The notes beneath the pieces were generated by a model, which ran no database searches, was not told the origin of the DNA, and saw only the letters and a list, made by a program, of their open reading frames with translations. A program made the translations under genes and the position numbers. A stretch of DNA of 63,518 bases, filler included, from Octopus bimaculoides (lineage: Eukaryota): assembly GCF_001194135.2 (NCBI RefSeq). It is 6 parts of 5 records of this genome, joined end to end, with 100 filler letters (N's around TTAATTAATTAA, not from the genome) between each part and the next. Parts side by side here need not be neighbours in the genome. Positions count along the whole stretch, not along the records: positions 27,863 to 49,118 come from NC_069005.1; positions 49,219 to 60,195 come from NC_069006.1; 4 more parts are not named here. One strand, given 5' to 3'. Every line of letters begins with the position of its first letter. The stretch's first letter is position 1. Of the stretch, positions 40,644 through 54,204 are shown piece after piece.

Positions 40644-41460
40644 ATGCGAACGTCCAAAAATGAACTATTACCTGTTTTTATCTTCATAACTTTAGTCTTT
40701 ACACTCTACACCATCTTCCGAAATCTACGAAGGGTCACGACAGGAATGCCTTTGTTTATAGGTCCCGTTGTTAAAGCGTGATCTGGAGCTGATATCCATT
40801 AACAGTAACTGTACTTAGTTTTCAAAATTTCCCACCACACGGCTATGGTAATGCTGGAATTCGATGCATATACTCACATTAATATGGTTCTTTCAGAACC
40901 GGAAATACAATTTTATGAATATTTCGCGAAACCAAAAATTGTCTATTTCTTTTAGGGGAGAGTAAATTCCAAAGTAATTCCGGTGATTTGTTGAAAATTT
41001 CTTTTGGTTTATTACATTTAAAAAGCTCCTTAAAGGCAGAAATACTCTCCAGAAATCCTATCATGGGATTCAAACAATTATGTCTATTCTGTATTTCAAG
41101 AAATGAGAAAGGAAGTAGCATGCTTTTAAAGAAATCCATCGAATGGTAACATCAATTCTCTTCTAATGTCGTGCCCAGTAAAAGACAACGAAACATGTTA
41201 ATAGTTACGATCAGATTATTTTTTAATGTCTTTGTTCTCTTTTGTTTACATGAATCGATCTGCAAGGAAATGTATTAATAATGGAAGAATGTTAAATGGA
41301 ATACAAATGCAAAATCAAACAATGAAAAACAAAAAAAAAGCCTTTATTTCACCAACTGTCTCTTTAATAATGCTATTGTTTCACGTGTTAATGTAAGATT
41401 CCTGATTAAACTTTATAACGATAGAAATCTCACAAAAAGTATTTCTAGATGATTCATAGC
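40644..41460 (+). pseudogene. Possible decayed type II membrane fucosyltransferase-like gene
   Basis: N-terminal anchor LLPVFIFITLVFTLYTIF, then GYGN (40841), GIQM (41298) and KVFLDDS (about 41436) in the expected order. These need several frameshifts and stop read-throughs. Confidence 0.3.
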
Positions 41461-42203
41461 TATAAGTAGTCATCTGACCCAATGAATGACTCACTAGGTG
41501 GTGTTTCTATTTGCTGGAAACAACAGTCATGTCACTTCTTTTTTACTTTTTGTTTTTCTAAAATTATATTCTACTTTCAAAATGGAAAAGCAAGGTAACA
41601 CTGGCTGCGTCAGTCGGTCATGGAAACACTGAAGGAAAGGTGGGGGCGGAAGTAGCAGTAGCAGTAGTAACACTGGATATGGCGCATTGATGGACACACT
41701 ATCTGTAAAACTGACAAGATCAGTGACGAATTGGTAGAGTCGTCCACGCACCGTATAAAATTCATGATATTTGTCCCGACTCATTACACTCCAAGTTCAA
41801 ATCACAAACAGTTCATATTCTACATTTTTGTATATTCAAAGTCAGTTTTAAAAAAAAGTATCAAGCCAGATTGCTGGGAACTGTAAGAATGTGGGACCGT
41901 ATCCGTTTGTAATATTTACTCTGGTTCTTTGCCTTCTGATTCCAAATCCAACCCTAGCTTCTTTTATCACCATCACCTAGCAACCTGGATGATCTAAGAG
42001 GATACACCCCTTTGGAGGTATTCGAACCCGGTTCCTGCTGCCTTCGCCACTTTTCTCAGAGACCTGGTAAAGTCTTATGAGGCTGTCTTACGACCACTCA
42101 TCTAGCTTATATTAACCATCTAGACTTCAAAACGAACAGTAGTTTTGCAAAAATGAAAACTACCTAAAAGTGTCTAAAATCGACTGGAAATCACTAAAAG
42201 ATT

Positions 42204-42588
42204 GTGAAGGCGCAATGGACCAGTGCTTAGGGCAACGGACTCGCGGTCATAGAGTCGCGTCTTCGATTCCCAGACCGGGAGTTATGCGTGTTTATTGAGC
42301 GAAAACACCTAAAGCTCCACGAGGCTCCGGCAGAGGATGGTGGCGAACCCTGCTGTACTCTTCCACCACAACTTTCTTTCACTCTTACTTCCTGTTTCTG
42401 TTGTGCCTGTAATACAAAGGGCCAGCCTTGTCACTCTGTGTCACGCTGAATGTCCCCAAGAACTACATTAAGGGTACACGTGTCTGGGGAGTGCTCAGCC
42501 ACTTAAACGTTAATTTCACGAGCAAGCTGTTCCGTTGATCGGATCAACTGGAACCCTCGTCGACGTAAACGACGGAGTGCCAACAACA
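42204..42588 (+). mobile_element. tRNA-headed SINE family 3, full length
   Basis: A/B-box head, (AAC)n tail, and 11-bp TSD ACTAAAAGATT (42193-42203, 42589-42599); paralogue at 54205. Confidence 0.9.
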
Positions 42589-44429
42589 ACTAAAAGATTT
42601 TTTTAAATAGTCATTGCGGGAACGAGAATATATTTTAGCAGACATCGACCGATCGACTAATTTTGTTTTGCACAAAATGACCACAACGGCATCAACAACT
42701 CTACAATCTGTATCGAAGGCAATCCTAATTTTACTTCTGGTGTAGCCCCATGTCAGATTTTTTATCAAATAGGAAATGGTTCTATATGTTCCAACCGTGG
42801 TCATCCCATCTTTGTTCGTCATAAGACATAAATGTGGCTAGGATTATATTACCCAAATTCCTTCGTTTTCACATAGTAAAAACTGCGGCATTAATTTTGA
42901 AAATCTGGAAAGGCGATGAGCTGACTGAAGTGTTAGTACGCCGGGAAAAATGCTTAGCAACGTCTCATCTGTCTATAAGTTCTGAGTTCAAATTCCACCG
43001 AGCTCGACTTTTCCTTTCCTTCTTTCAGGGTCACTGAAATAGTACCAGCTGCGTATTGGGGTCGATGTAATAGACTTAACTCTTCCCCGGACTTGTTGCC
43101 TTTGTTCCAAAATTTGAAACTAAATTTGGAAATCTGGCTGCTATTTCTAGAGGTTCAAATGACCCCGTAAATGCTCGCATATTGCTTCAACATATAGTAC
43201 CTCATCAAGGGTAAATTACGATCAGACTTGGTGTGTCTGAGCAAGGTGTGTAGCGTGAACATTAGCACCTCCTTGTTTTCAACTCTAACTCCCGTTCCAT
43301 TCATGCTATCCAGATATTTAAACAACCCGAGAAGTGGATATGCTATCATCGAAATAACAAGATATCATATGAGTCGATGAGTGTGGCTCACCTAGTTAGA
43401 GACAGTAGATAATATTCTCTAAAACCACATTCTGAAGTTTTTATGAAATGAAGGGTTAAATTAGGTGAGGCATAAACAAAAACGTTCACAATCTACGGCT
43501 GAGTTCAAATCTCACCGAGGTCAACTTTGACTTTCATCCTTTTGGGGCGGCGAAATAGAAGTATTATTCCTGGATAGAATATTAGTGAAATTGTAGGATC
43601 ATAGGACCGAGTGCTTGTGGTATTTGCTCTATGTCTTTGCTGTCTAGGTTCAAATGTTGCCAAGGCCTACATGAGTGCCAGATTTATCCATCGCTGGGTT
43701 GAGGGCCACTACTGAATAATTTGGGTACCTTTAAAGGAGTTCGATCTGTTGCACGTTTTCGAATAGGTTTGAGGATATCTTCCTCGCTCCTTCCCACTAG
43801 TTTCGGAAACCTTGGCGACGTATCATATTTACTATCTTCCATCCTGACAACATGATTTTAAAAAACAGCGTTTTCCTTTTATAAACAATGGCTCCTCGAG
43901 TCACACAGGCTCATAGAGCCGCTTTACCGATTTCAGTCCATCACATGATTACTCATTTTTGCCAACTGTATGGATTGGAGCAACTTGAAAGAACAAAACG
44001 CATTCCGCGGTCCAGGAATCGAAACCACAATCTTACGATCGTGAGTCGAATCCATCACCATAAGCGCTAAGCCACGAACCTCTACTCTCATGATGAAGGT
44101 AACCAACTCCGGAATAATTATATATCTTGCTGTCAGACTTCTTATAATTACTTCCCAAGCAAAGTTTCTGCTATTATACAATCAATTCAGAGCGGTGATG
44201 TGACAGAATCGTCAGCAATTTGGGCAACGTACCTACCAGCATTTCTTGCAGCTTTACGAGCTGAGTTGAAATTACGAAGTCGAATTTACATTTCATCTTC
44301 TCGTCGTCGGTAAATTACATGTCAGTCAAGTGCTGTGGTCGATGAAATCGACAAGCGCCAGCCCCCAAAATTTCAGGCCTTGTACCTTTATAGAATAAAT
44401 GACCTTACAATCAATTCACATAACATATT

Positions 44430-44593
44430 CTTTTCTACTCTAGGCACAAGGCCCGAAATTTCTGGAGAGGTGGGACCAGTCTATTAGATCGACCCCAGTA
44501 CACAACTGGTATTTATTTATCGACCCCGAAAGGATGAAAGGTAAAGTCGACTTCGGCGGAAATTGAACTCAGAACGTAAAGACAGACGAAATT
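44430..44593 (-). mobile_element. 5'-truncated Nin/Deu-domain SINE
   Basis: Matches 3066-3220. Flanked by AATTCACATAACATATT / AATTCACATAAAATATT. Confidence 0.85.
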
Positions 44594-47300
44594 CACATAA
44601 AATATTGAGCTAACAAGGATTCTGGTTTGAAGCAAGATTCTTCATTTTGCCCAGCATATACAGACACTCTATTAGCCACTCATCATTCTACTCAGCCAAG
44701 ACCAACACAATATAAAATGAAGAAAAGAGAAATACATTTGCTGTCATCCTGTTCTCTTCGTGGACCTCCACAACAAATTTCTGTTATGCAAGCATACTCG
44801 CCCTGAAACCGACTATGGTTTTCCACCCAGGACACACTCCATCACAACGGGGCAAACATCGGCTGAGCACCAGTCCGTTTCATTTATGGTCAGTGCTTCG
44901 GCGGTATCTGTTTGCCGTCGAATATCCGTTTTTCGCTCTTGATCAAGGAAAACATGTTTGCCACAGGGCATCAGTTCAGCAGTGCGTCTTGCAGCCATCC
45001 CAGAATTTCACCTCTTACGTCGGAATACCGCACACAATTTATCGAATTATGGGATCGGTACTTTTTGTAGCCAACTTGTAAGGATATCTTTTCTATGTGT
45101 ATCCTCTCAGTTTTCTTCTTCCATTCAGAATTCCATTTGTCAAAAGGTGTTCAAGGCTTTGTCTTCTCATATGATGTCAAATGATTTTAGTCTCACGCTA
45201 CCTTATAATATGTATGCTGTTAAGACGTTTGACGATGGTGTCTTCTCATATAAAGACACTAAATAGAAAAAGAAAAGCATAAGAAAACAGATACTTGGTG
45301 TGAAGCAAAGCTTACATATATTTCTTAATATTCATTATTCTGAATATTCTGTGATAAAAGTTTGCCAAGAAAAAATAAAGAGAAAATAGATGCAGTATAC
45401 TTAATATCACGATTCCTTCATCATCGATCGTTTTCTCATGTTGTTCTCTCTCTGTTGATGTAATGCTATTGTTTTCTCGTTACTTAAGACACATGACAGC
45501 TGTCAAAATCAATGAATGTCTTCTTCCTTCCATGACACATTATTGACAAAAATATAACTTAACTGAATGAGGATAACACTACAATCTAATTTTCGGCAAT
45601 AAAGTTTCCATTACGGACCTTCCGTTTGGCAAATTGCATCGTTTATTTGCACCATAAACTATTTCGTCATTGATACATTGAAAAGAAACAGTGTGTCTCA
45701 AGGTGTGCTGTTGTCATCGCGGTTGTTGTTGTTGCTGTTACTGTTACTACTGCTGCTGCTACTTTTGTTGTTGTTGTTGTTGTTGCGTAAAAGAAGAGCG
45801 GCATTCGCAACTCTCTTCAGTGTCGTTCAAAAATATTGGGGTGGCGAGAAAGGAAAGAATTTCATCTCCAACCGGAGGCTTCTCTCGAATAGCAGTAGCA
45901 AAGTGAACTACACTAAAAGTGCCCAGGAACCAGTAATTTGATGAGGTTCATCAAGGCAGATCGAGTCCACTTGTTATTGTTGTTGTTACTCTTATTTAGA
46001 CTCAGGTTGGTGTTGATCAAACAAAACGAGGAGGAGCACCAAGCAACCACAACCTCTCATCTTTTATTCAAACAGAATGAATCTAAGACTATAGTTGTTT
46101 CTGATTTTGACACAGGTTGTTTTATGTCTTAAAGGTTCTTTGTGTCGCTCGATTCTGAGTTTGTTCAGGCTACAAAATTTCGTTGAACATTCTGCTGTAG
46201 CCATGATAAAATTTGAAGTGAAATCTGCAAGTAAATCAATCTAGCTCACTAAATTTTAGTGATTCTGTAATGATTTTAATGAACAGGGTCACCGGTTTTT
46301 GTCAGAATCGTTAGTCCGGGTACTTCTGGATATCAATAAACAAAATGTCATTAACAACGATAATACAGACTCACATGTTCTAATAACTGTTCTCACAGGT
46401 GGCAATGATGTGGTTACTGTCTTCATTTTAGGTGTATATTCTACATTTGATGCTAGCTAATGCATTTTGTTTTGTTTTTTTCTATAGACGATACATAACC
46501 ATTTCCAGCTCCTGAATTACATGAAGGTAATCTCCTAATTAAAACGTCACACACTGCTCATCCACGCTGGTTTTATAGCATAGCTTATACTCCATGAGTT
46601 CCACGCTTTGGCTCTTTTGTATTTGGTATCGTTTACTAAAGTTCCTTGTAGGAGAATTAGTATCGGTTTTATATCATGTTTCTATTCAACTACTTTGATG
46701 TGCATAAATGGATAATTTCCATGCTTCTTTATTTGAAAAAACAAAAAACATTATTGCTGGATACAAGTTATCATCTATAGATGTGGTTTCAGTTTTATAA
46801 TCTGGGTCCCATAAGACATTACTACATATTTGAAGTTTAGACTGTCGTTGTTGTGGTGATGCATGGGAAGACCATTAATTTAGTAAAAATGTTGAGAAGG
46901 TATTTTATATTTCATTCAAAGAGAGCGAAACTTGCCGATTTCAGAATGCTTTAAATTTTTCAAAAATCTCAATATTTAACCGATATATACCATTTTTCTC
47001 GGACAAGCAGACGCAACCCAGAAAATAGGCCTTTTTGAGGAAACAGTATTTGAAGTTGAGACACATCTGAGAACTAAAAACTTTTCACATTTTTAGCTTT
47101 TTATCATTCATAAAATGAGTAAGACTCTTGGAATTGAAGCTATAGTCATTTGTCACAACTATTATGTACAAACATCTATTATTGACTTTGACTCCGCTTT
47201 TCGCAGTTGATAATTTAGACATGCGACAATTTTCCCATGTAGCATCACATGTATTTTCTCTACATCGCAGTCGACTTTGAAAACATTCCAACATTAAATA

Positions 47301-47696
47301 TAGGCGTAAGTAGCTTGCTTACCAACTACATGGTTCCGGGTTCAGTCCCACTGCGTGGCACCTTGGTCAAGTGTCTTCTACTATAGCCTCGGGCCGACCA
47401 AAGCCTTGTGAGTGGATTTGGTAGACGGAAACTGAAAGAAGCCCGTCGTATATATGTATATATATATGTATGTGTGTGTATATATCTGTGTGTCTGTGTT
47501 TGTCCCCCAACATCGCTTGACAGCCGATGCTGGTGTGTTTACGTTCCCGTAACTTAGCGGTTCGGCAAAATAGACCGATAGACTAAGTACTAGGCTTAAA
47601 AAAGAATAAGTCCTGGGGTAGATTTCTTCCACTAAAGGCGGTGCTCCAGCATGGCCACAGTCAAATGACTGAAACAAGTAAAAAAGTAAAAGAGTA
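47301..47696 (+). mobile_element. tRNA-headed SINE family 1, full length
   Basis: Reverse-complement match to 16183-16568. Confidence 0.88.
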
Positions 47697-47779
47697 AACA
47701 TTAAATAGGAAAAGTATTCCCCGCTTACCATTTTCACTGGTATTCTCCTCTTGATTCAAACTCCATGGCACTCGTCGTC

Positions 47780-48370
47780 TTCATGAGACTGCATGGGCCA
47801 TCACATGGTACGGGCAATCGGAATGCATAGGCCAGCAGAATCAAGCTGTGTGGGCCATCAGGCTGTCTAGACATAACGCTGTGCAAGTCATTAGGATATA
47901 TAGGCCATTGGAAAGTATAAGCCATTACAACGTATATACCGTCAGAATGTAGTCTGTAGAGGCCTTCAAGTCGTATAGGCCATTAGGCTCTATAGGCTCT
48001 ATAGGCTCTATAGGCTATCAGACTGTAAATGCCAAAGGCTGTATAGGACATCAGGCTATCTAGGCCATCAGAATGAATATGTTCTCAGACTATATAAGCC
48101 ATTACAATGTATACGCTATAAGAATGTATAGGTCATCAGAATGTATAGCCCATTAGACTGTATACGCCATCAAGTTGTATAGGCCATCAAGTTGTATAGG
48201 TCATCAAGTCGTATAGGCCATCAAGTTGTATAGGCCCTTAGCCTGGGTTGGGCTCCTAGGCTGTATAGGCCATAAGGCTGAAAATGTTCCCAGACTGTAT
48301 AAGCCATACGAATGTATAGTCCACCAGAATATATAGTCCATCAGGCTGTGTAAGCATTCAGAAGATATAA
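47780..48370. repeat. 17-bp minisatellite (consensus about CATCAGGCTGTATAGGC)
   Basis: Four near-perfect units CATCAAGT(T/C)GTATAGG(C/T) at 48169-48236 inside about 590 bp of decayed units. Confidence 0.85.
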
Positions 48371-49118
48371 GCTAAGTCCATGGCTCAATTAAAATCATGT
48401 TTCCTTTGTGAGGTACAGGGACACGCACCCACACGCGTGCGATTGCGTTGTTTGAGTGCGTGTGTGTGTATTTGTATGTATGTGTGCTTATGTGTATGTG
48501 TGTGTAAATGTACCAGTGTTTTATCAATCGCTGTCAGTAAACATACATCATTTGTGTGTAAGTACGTTTTAACTAATCGATCGGATTTCTGTTCTTTTCT
48601 ATTGCTATACATTTTGCATTTGATTTCTGCTTGTCATGCGTTAAGAAAGTCACGGAATTAGTTTACCTTACGGTTATAGTTGGAGTATATCCCTTAAATA
48701 TCAAGCGAATAATTTAGAGGTGGATGGTGCGAATTAAGTAGACCAATTGACAGGTGAACTAAAATATGTTGCTTTATGACGTAAATGTCAGTGGAATATA
48801 GTTTATGTCTGTACCATTAGCCTTCTTGTTCACGCTATATAACACTAACAAGGGTGTAAGACGTCCAGCTAAGGGCCAAATTATGCTTTAATGAAGAGTC
48901 TCGGGAACTTTTATTGATATTATCAGAGCACACCTCAATCACGATTGCCATCATTAACGTACGCTGTGGTAATTGATTCGGATTCGCCCACATACATACT
49001 GCACTGTAAATATATAATGGTCAGACATTAACAAGTATGCACACACGCTTTTTTCTCATTCTCATTTTGTCTCTAGCTCTCTGTGTGGGAGTATATATAT
49101 ATATATATATATATATAT

Positions 49119-49218
49119 NNNNNNNNNNNNNNNNNNNNNNNNNNNNNNNNNNNNNNNNNNNNTTAATTAATTAANNNNNNNNNNNNNNNNNNNNNNNNNN
49201 NNNNNNNNNNNNNNNNNN
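49119..49218. other. Artificial scaffold linker
   Basis: TTAATTAATTAA at 49163-49174 within N runs. Confidence 0.95.
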
Positions 49219-49520
49219 GAATCTTTACCCTTTGAACGGCAGATCGAGAAATTAATTTTTTGTAACTAAACACTTTCAAACTTCGGACACTGGTAGAATG
49301 TGTCATATAATACATCTTTTACTCTTAGTGTTATTGGGAAAAGTTTATCTTTTTAAAGTTATTTCGTGTTAAAGTTGTCGTATTTCGGTAATTTCAACCA
49401 ATCAATGACGTGTATTCAGCTGAATAAAATTACTGCCGTTGTTTGTCAACAACAACCATCGGCGGCGTATATTTCGTTTGTCACTGTTATTTATGACATC
49501 GTTCGTGCGTTTGTACTGGC

Positions 49521-49658
49521 TTTAGCTTTAGAGTTTTAGGGTTAGGGTTAGGGTTTTAGGGTTAGGGTTTTAGTGTTAGGGATTTAGAGTTACGGTTAGG
49601 GATTTAGGTTAGGGTTAAGGTTTTAGGGTTAGGGTTAGGGTTGGGGTCTTAGGGTTAG
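49521..49658 (+). repeat. Degenerate interstitial (TTAGGG)n tract
   Basis: TTAGGG units mixed with TTTTAGGG, TTAGAG and TTGGGG variants. Confidence 0.9.
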
Positions 49659-49884
49659 ACTTACGGAAAAAAGTGAAAAATGAAGAAATTGGAGGGGGGG
49701 GGCAAAAAAGTATTTCCGAAAATAGTAGCTGACAAACAGGAAAATAAAATAAAAGCAGTAGAAATGCACGAACGATTATGGTAACTTCCAAGGATCCCTG
49801 GCCTGGCAGTGTTACCGAGGAACCTTACCAGTTCACGATAAACTCGTGCCCGAGATGCGAGCAGGACAGGGAAACCGTATTGTA

Positions 49885-50518
49885 ACTTGCGATGAAAAGT
49901 GGATTCTGTACAATAAGAAAAAACGTTCTTCGCTGTGGTTAGACCAAAATGAAGCAAGGAGCTCTTCTAAAAGAAGGTTAGGGTGAGTGTTTGGAGGTGT
50001 ACTGCTGGATTAATCCACTATATCTTCTTAAAACCCGAAAAAAACCATTGCTGCAGAAACATATTGCCATAAAATTGCCAAAATGAACAAAAAACTGCTT
50101 CTCCTTCGTCCCAGACTGGTCAACAGAAGAGAGCCAATCATTCTTCATGACAATGTTCGACCACACGTTTCACTAACGACGCTTCAGAAGTTAAGGGAAC
50201 TTGGCTACGAAGTTCTTCCCCCACTCAGCTTATTTCCGAGATCTTTCTCCTACCGACTAACACTTTTTCAAGCATCTTGATGGTTTCCTGCGAGAGAAGG
50301 AGTTCAAAAATCAAACCAATGCTGAAAGTGCATTCAAAGAGTTCATGAGCCTCAGAACTCCAGATTTTTTATGTTACGGAATAAACAAACATGTAACTCG
50401 TTGGCAAAAATGTGTTAAGTGTAATGATATTTTGATGAATAAAATTTCCGCATCGTTGGAACACATTGTGATGAATTTCATGTTTCAAAACGTTTCTTAC
50501 TTTTTGCTCAACCTGATA
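49885..50518 (+). mobile_element. Mariner (Hsmar1/SETMAR-like) transposase 3' half and right TIR, decayed
   Basis: RIVTCDEKWILY, ILHDNVRPH, DLSPTD*HFFKHL and RWQKCV (DD34D triad). Right TIR CTTACTTTTTGCTCAACCTGATA. Confidence 0.88.
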
Positions 50519-50872
50519 TATACAGGAATATGTGTGTCTGTGTGTCTGTGTGTCTGTGTGTTTGTGTATGAGGGAAGGCGTGTGTGTGTAATGAGTCAAA
50601 AAGAAAACATATGATAAATGCACAAACAAACGGGAAACAGACATAGATAGACGCCAACTCCGCATCAGTTATCATGCCAGCGGATAAATTGCAATTTCGC
50701 GCCTAACCCATAATATTGATTCCCCTACTGGTAGCGCCGACGGGACACGCCGCCGGCAATTAGCGAGCCAAAGCGACTAGCAACATAGAAAATGTACAAA
50801 AACGCGATACAGACATTTGACATAGAAACGCTGAATAAGTGTGCTTCAAAACGAGACAATTAATGGAAGTAC

Positions 50873-50912
<40 letters not shown>

Positions 50913-51665
50913 CACACACATTCCAATGTTTGTTTTTATGGCAAGCTATGAATAAAAACACTTTAACAAACAACAGAAGGGTTATTCAATACGGTTTCTG
51001 TACAGTAGTTATTCATTAACTTTAACAAAGAAAAGGTTAACAGCGACTTCAAGTTTCGGTTTGCACAAACGAACCAAAAACAAATAAATACATGCACAAA
51101 CGACAAATTATGCATACACGAATTCAAACGTTTTTATCTTTGCACCAAGATAAACACATGCGAGCAAACAAATATAGAAAATATAAAATTGACTAAATGA
51201 ACAGAAAAAAGCTTCAACAACACATATACAAGTTTGATTCGGTTACGTAAACGTTTGTTATGACGTCATATGTATTCACAATGACCCAGCAGCGTCGTAG
51301 ATAAAGATATATTCCACAACATTTTTAAACTACTTTTTCTCAGGCTATTGAAGCTGACAAATATATCGGTGTCTGATGTGTATGCCTTTATATATACACA
51401 CTACACACAGGCTTACATACGCATACACATAACTGCGCAATCACACTCACGTTTATAGGTATGGACACACACACACACACACACTCACATATATGTTATA
51501 ACAGCAGGTGTGGCTGTGTGGTAAGGCACTTGCTTTCCAGCCAAGTGGTTTTGGATTCAATCTCAGTGTGGCACTTGAGTGAGTGTCTTCTATGTACTCG
51601 AGCCGACCAAAACCTTGAGAGTGGATTTGGTGGACGGAAACTGAAAGAAGCTTGTCAGATATATA

Positions 51666-51698
<33 letters not shown>

Positions 51699-53125
51699 NN
51701 NNNNNNNNNNNNNNNNNNNNNNNNNNNNNNNNNNNNNNNNNNNNNNNNNNNNNNNNNNNNNNNNNNNNNNNNNNNNNNNNNNNNNNNNNNNNNNNNNNNN
51801 NNNNNNNNNNNNNNNNNNNNNNNNNNNNNNNNNNNNNNNNNNNNNNNNNNNNNNNNNNNNNNNNNNNNNNNNNNNNNNNNNNNNNNNNNNNNNNNNNNNN
51901 NNNNNNNNNNNNNNNNNNNNNNNNNNNNNNNNNNNNNNNNNNNNNNNNNNNNNNNNNNNNNNNNNNNNNNNNNNNNNNNNNNNNNNNNNNNNNNNNNNNN
52001 NNNNNNNNNNNNNNNNNNNNNNNNNNNNNNNNNNNNNNNNNNNNNNNNNNNNNNNNNNNNNNNNNNNNNNNNNNNNNNNNNNNNNNNNNNNNNNNNNNNN
52101 NNNNNNNNNNNNNNNNNNNNNNNNNNNNNNNNNNNNNNNNNNNNNNNNNNNNNNNNNNNNNNNNNNNNNNNNNNNNNNNNNNNNNNNNNNNNNNNNNNNN
52201 NNNNNNNNNNNNNNNNNNNNNNNNNNNNNNNNNNNNNNNNNNNNNNTATATATATAAATCAAAACAAAAAATGGAACAAAAACGAACAGGTGACAACAAA
52301 ACATTCGGACAGTAGATGATACAAAAAAGGACAGGAAAAAATAAGGACGGGATATTCGGAGCTTTCAATCTTCTATCGAGAAACAGATCATCTTTGCAGT
52401 TTCGGCCGGTTAATCTCGAGACTGCTCCAATCTGGCCGGCCCCAAGGTAATCTAAGTTAAGAGCCCTAGATTCTTTGAATGAAAGCAAGCGAATGTATAG
52501 GAAAACAAGGACGAAAAGAAAAAAAAACCGGAGAAATGGTACACAATTACAAATACAAGAAAAGAACATTAACAACATGTGTCTTTCGACTAAGGACGAA
52601 TTAAATTAAGCTGGCGTGTGTCGATGTAAGCTTTACGGTAGAAACATCGTTGTAAGTCATGGGAAGAAATACGAGAGATGCTGCACGGCTGGTAGTCGAA
52701 CCAAGAAAGAAAGGTCAGGCTTGGCCGAACACCGGTCAGGTGGAAGGAGAGCAGAGAGGTAGCGGATAGAGAGATTGAAGAATTAGGAAGGGACGAGAAA
52801 GAGAAGAAAAAAAGGAAAGCGACAGACTGAGGGAAAGTAATGAGAATGAAGGGAATGCCAAGAAATGTGTGGGATGGTGGGATCGAGAGAAAATAGAAGG
52901 AACGAAGAAAGTGTGAAAGGGGCTAAAGGAAAGAGTAAGAGTCGTACAGAATTTATATATATATGTACTTATATACGTATATATATATTAATAACTATGG
53001 AAACGTTGATGTTGCTTTCCCGTGCCTAAGAGTTGTTTTGACTCTTATTTCTAGCACCTTTAGTTGATTTAGTGACGTTTGTACTTGTGCCTTCTGTTTT
53101 TTGAAATTCGAAACTCTGAGTACTA

Positions 53126-53252
53126 CAGGGTGTCCACGAGGTCTGGGTACATGGAGGAAATAAAATCATAACATAAACAATTAAATATAAGAAATAATAA
53201 TTTCTTAAAGTATGTGTTAATCTCCATGTACCCAGACTTTGTGGACACCTTG
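53126..53252. mobile_element. Tc1/mariner MITE, 127 bp
   Basis: 31-bp TIRs starting CAGGGTGTCCAC (28/31 match), flanked by TA on both sides. Confidence 0.88.
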
Positions 53253-53575
53253 TATAATGACAACAACTTACTGTTTGCTCTTATTTATAACACACACACA
53301 AACACGCACACGCGCGCGCGCGCACACATACACATATATATATATACGTTTATGAGTATGTATTGCAAGATTCCTGATGTGAAACCGTGTCTTGAAACAG
53401 ATATTGTATTTCGTGACGGTCATTTTTTTTCTTGCCAAATAAACACACGCACTATACATTCGTTCTTTACTCGTTTATTACTGATCTTATTGTAAACTCA
53501 TCTCCATTGTTGTCACGCATCTATATATATGTGTGTATATGTGTGTATAGGTATGTATGTACACACACACGCACG

Positions 53576-53629
<54 letters not shown>

Positions 53630-54204
53630 ACTCACACATATATCCTATCAATATAAAACACTGCCCGACGGCGGCGAGCCGTTGCAGTTGTTAGCGTACT
53701 GGGCAAAATGCTTAGCGACATTTCTTCCGACTTTACGTTTTGAGTTCAAATTCCGCAGAGGTCAACTTTGCCTTTTATCCAGTCGCGGTCAGTAGAATAT
53801 ATACTGGGGGTCAACGTAACCGACTTACTTATTCCTCCGAAATTGCCAAAATTGGAAACCAATATTAAATACCACGGCCCTAGTCTACCATCAACATCGC
53901 CGTCCTACTGTACCATCAACATCCCCAGTACCACCACAAGCACCACTACTACTATTACATACTCCACTATCACTCCAATCATCTCAATGTACAATTCATA
54001 CATCCTGTAAGCCAAATATGTTGAGTCATGTCAAAACAAACAAACTTTGTAGCCTATTTAAAGTTTGTCTGCACTGAGAAATATAGGTTAAGAATTAAAA
54101 AGCTTGCTGTGCTTAATTAGCCTTTAGTTGACTCAGATCGAGTTAGTGTTATGATTACATATGTTGCAACCAGGTCTATTCTGTCTTGTGTTCAGACATA
54201 ATGT

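Noticed and set aside
42204-42280. tRNA genes at SINE heads
   Set aside because: A/B boxes are present but there is no full cloverleaf; they continue into SINE bodies with TSDs.
44847-44918. Imperfect 72-nt hairpin as a pre-miRNA
   Set aside because: It has several bulges and no recognisable mature sequence, and there is no expression evidence.
52247-52960. Repeat-like segment with GTTTCGGCCGG as a minus-strand hammerhead
   Set aside because: No TCNTCAG follows the putative stem II; left unclassified.
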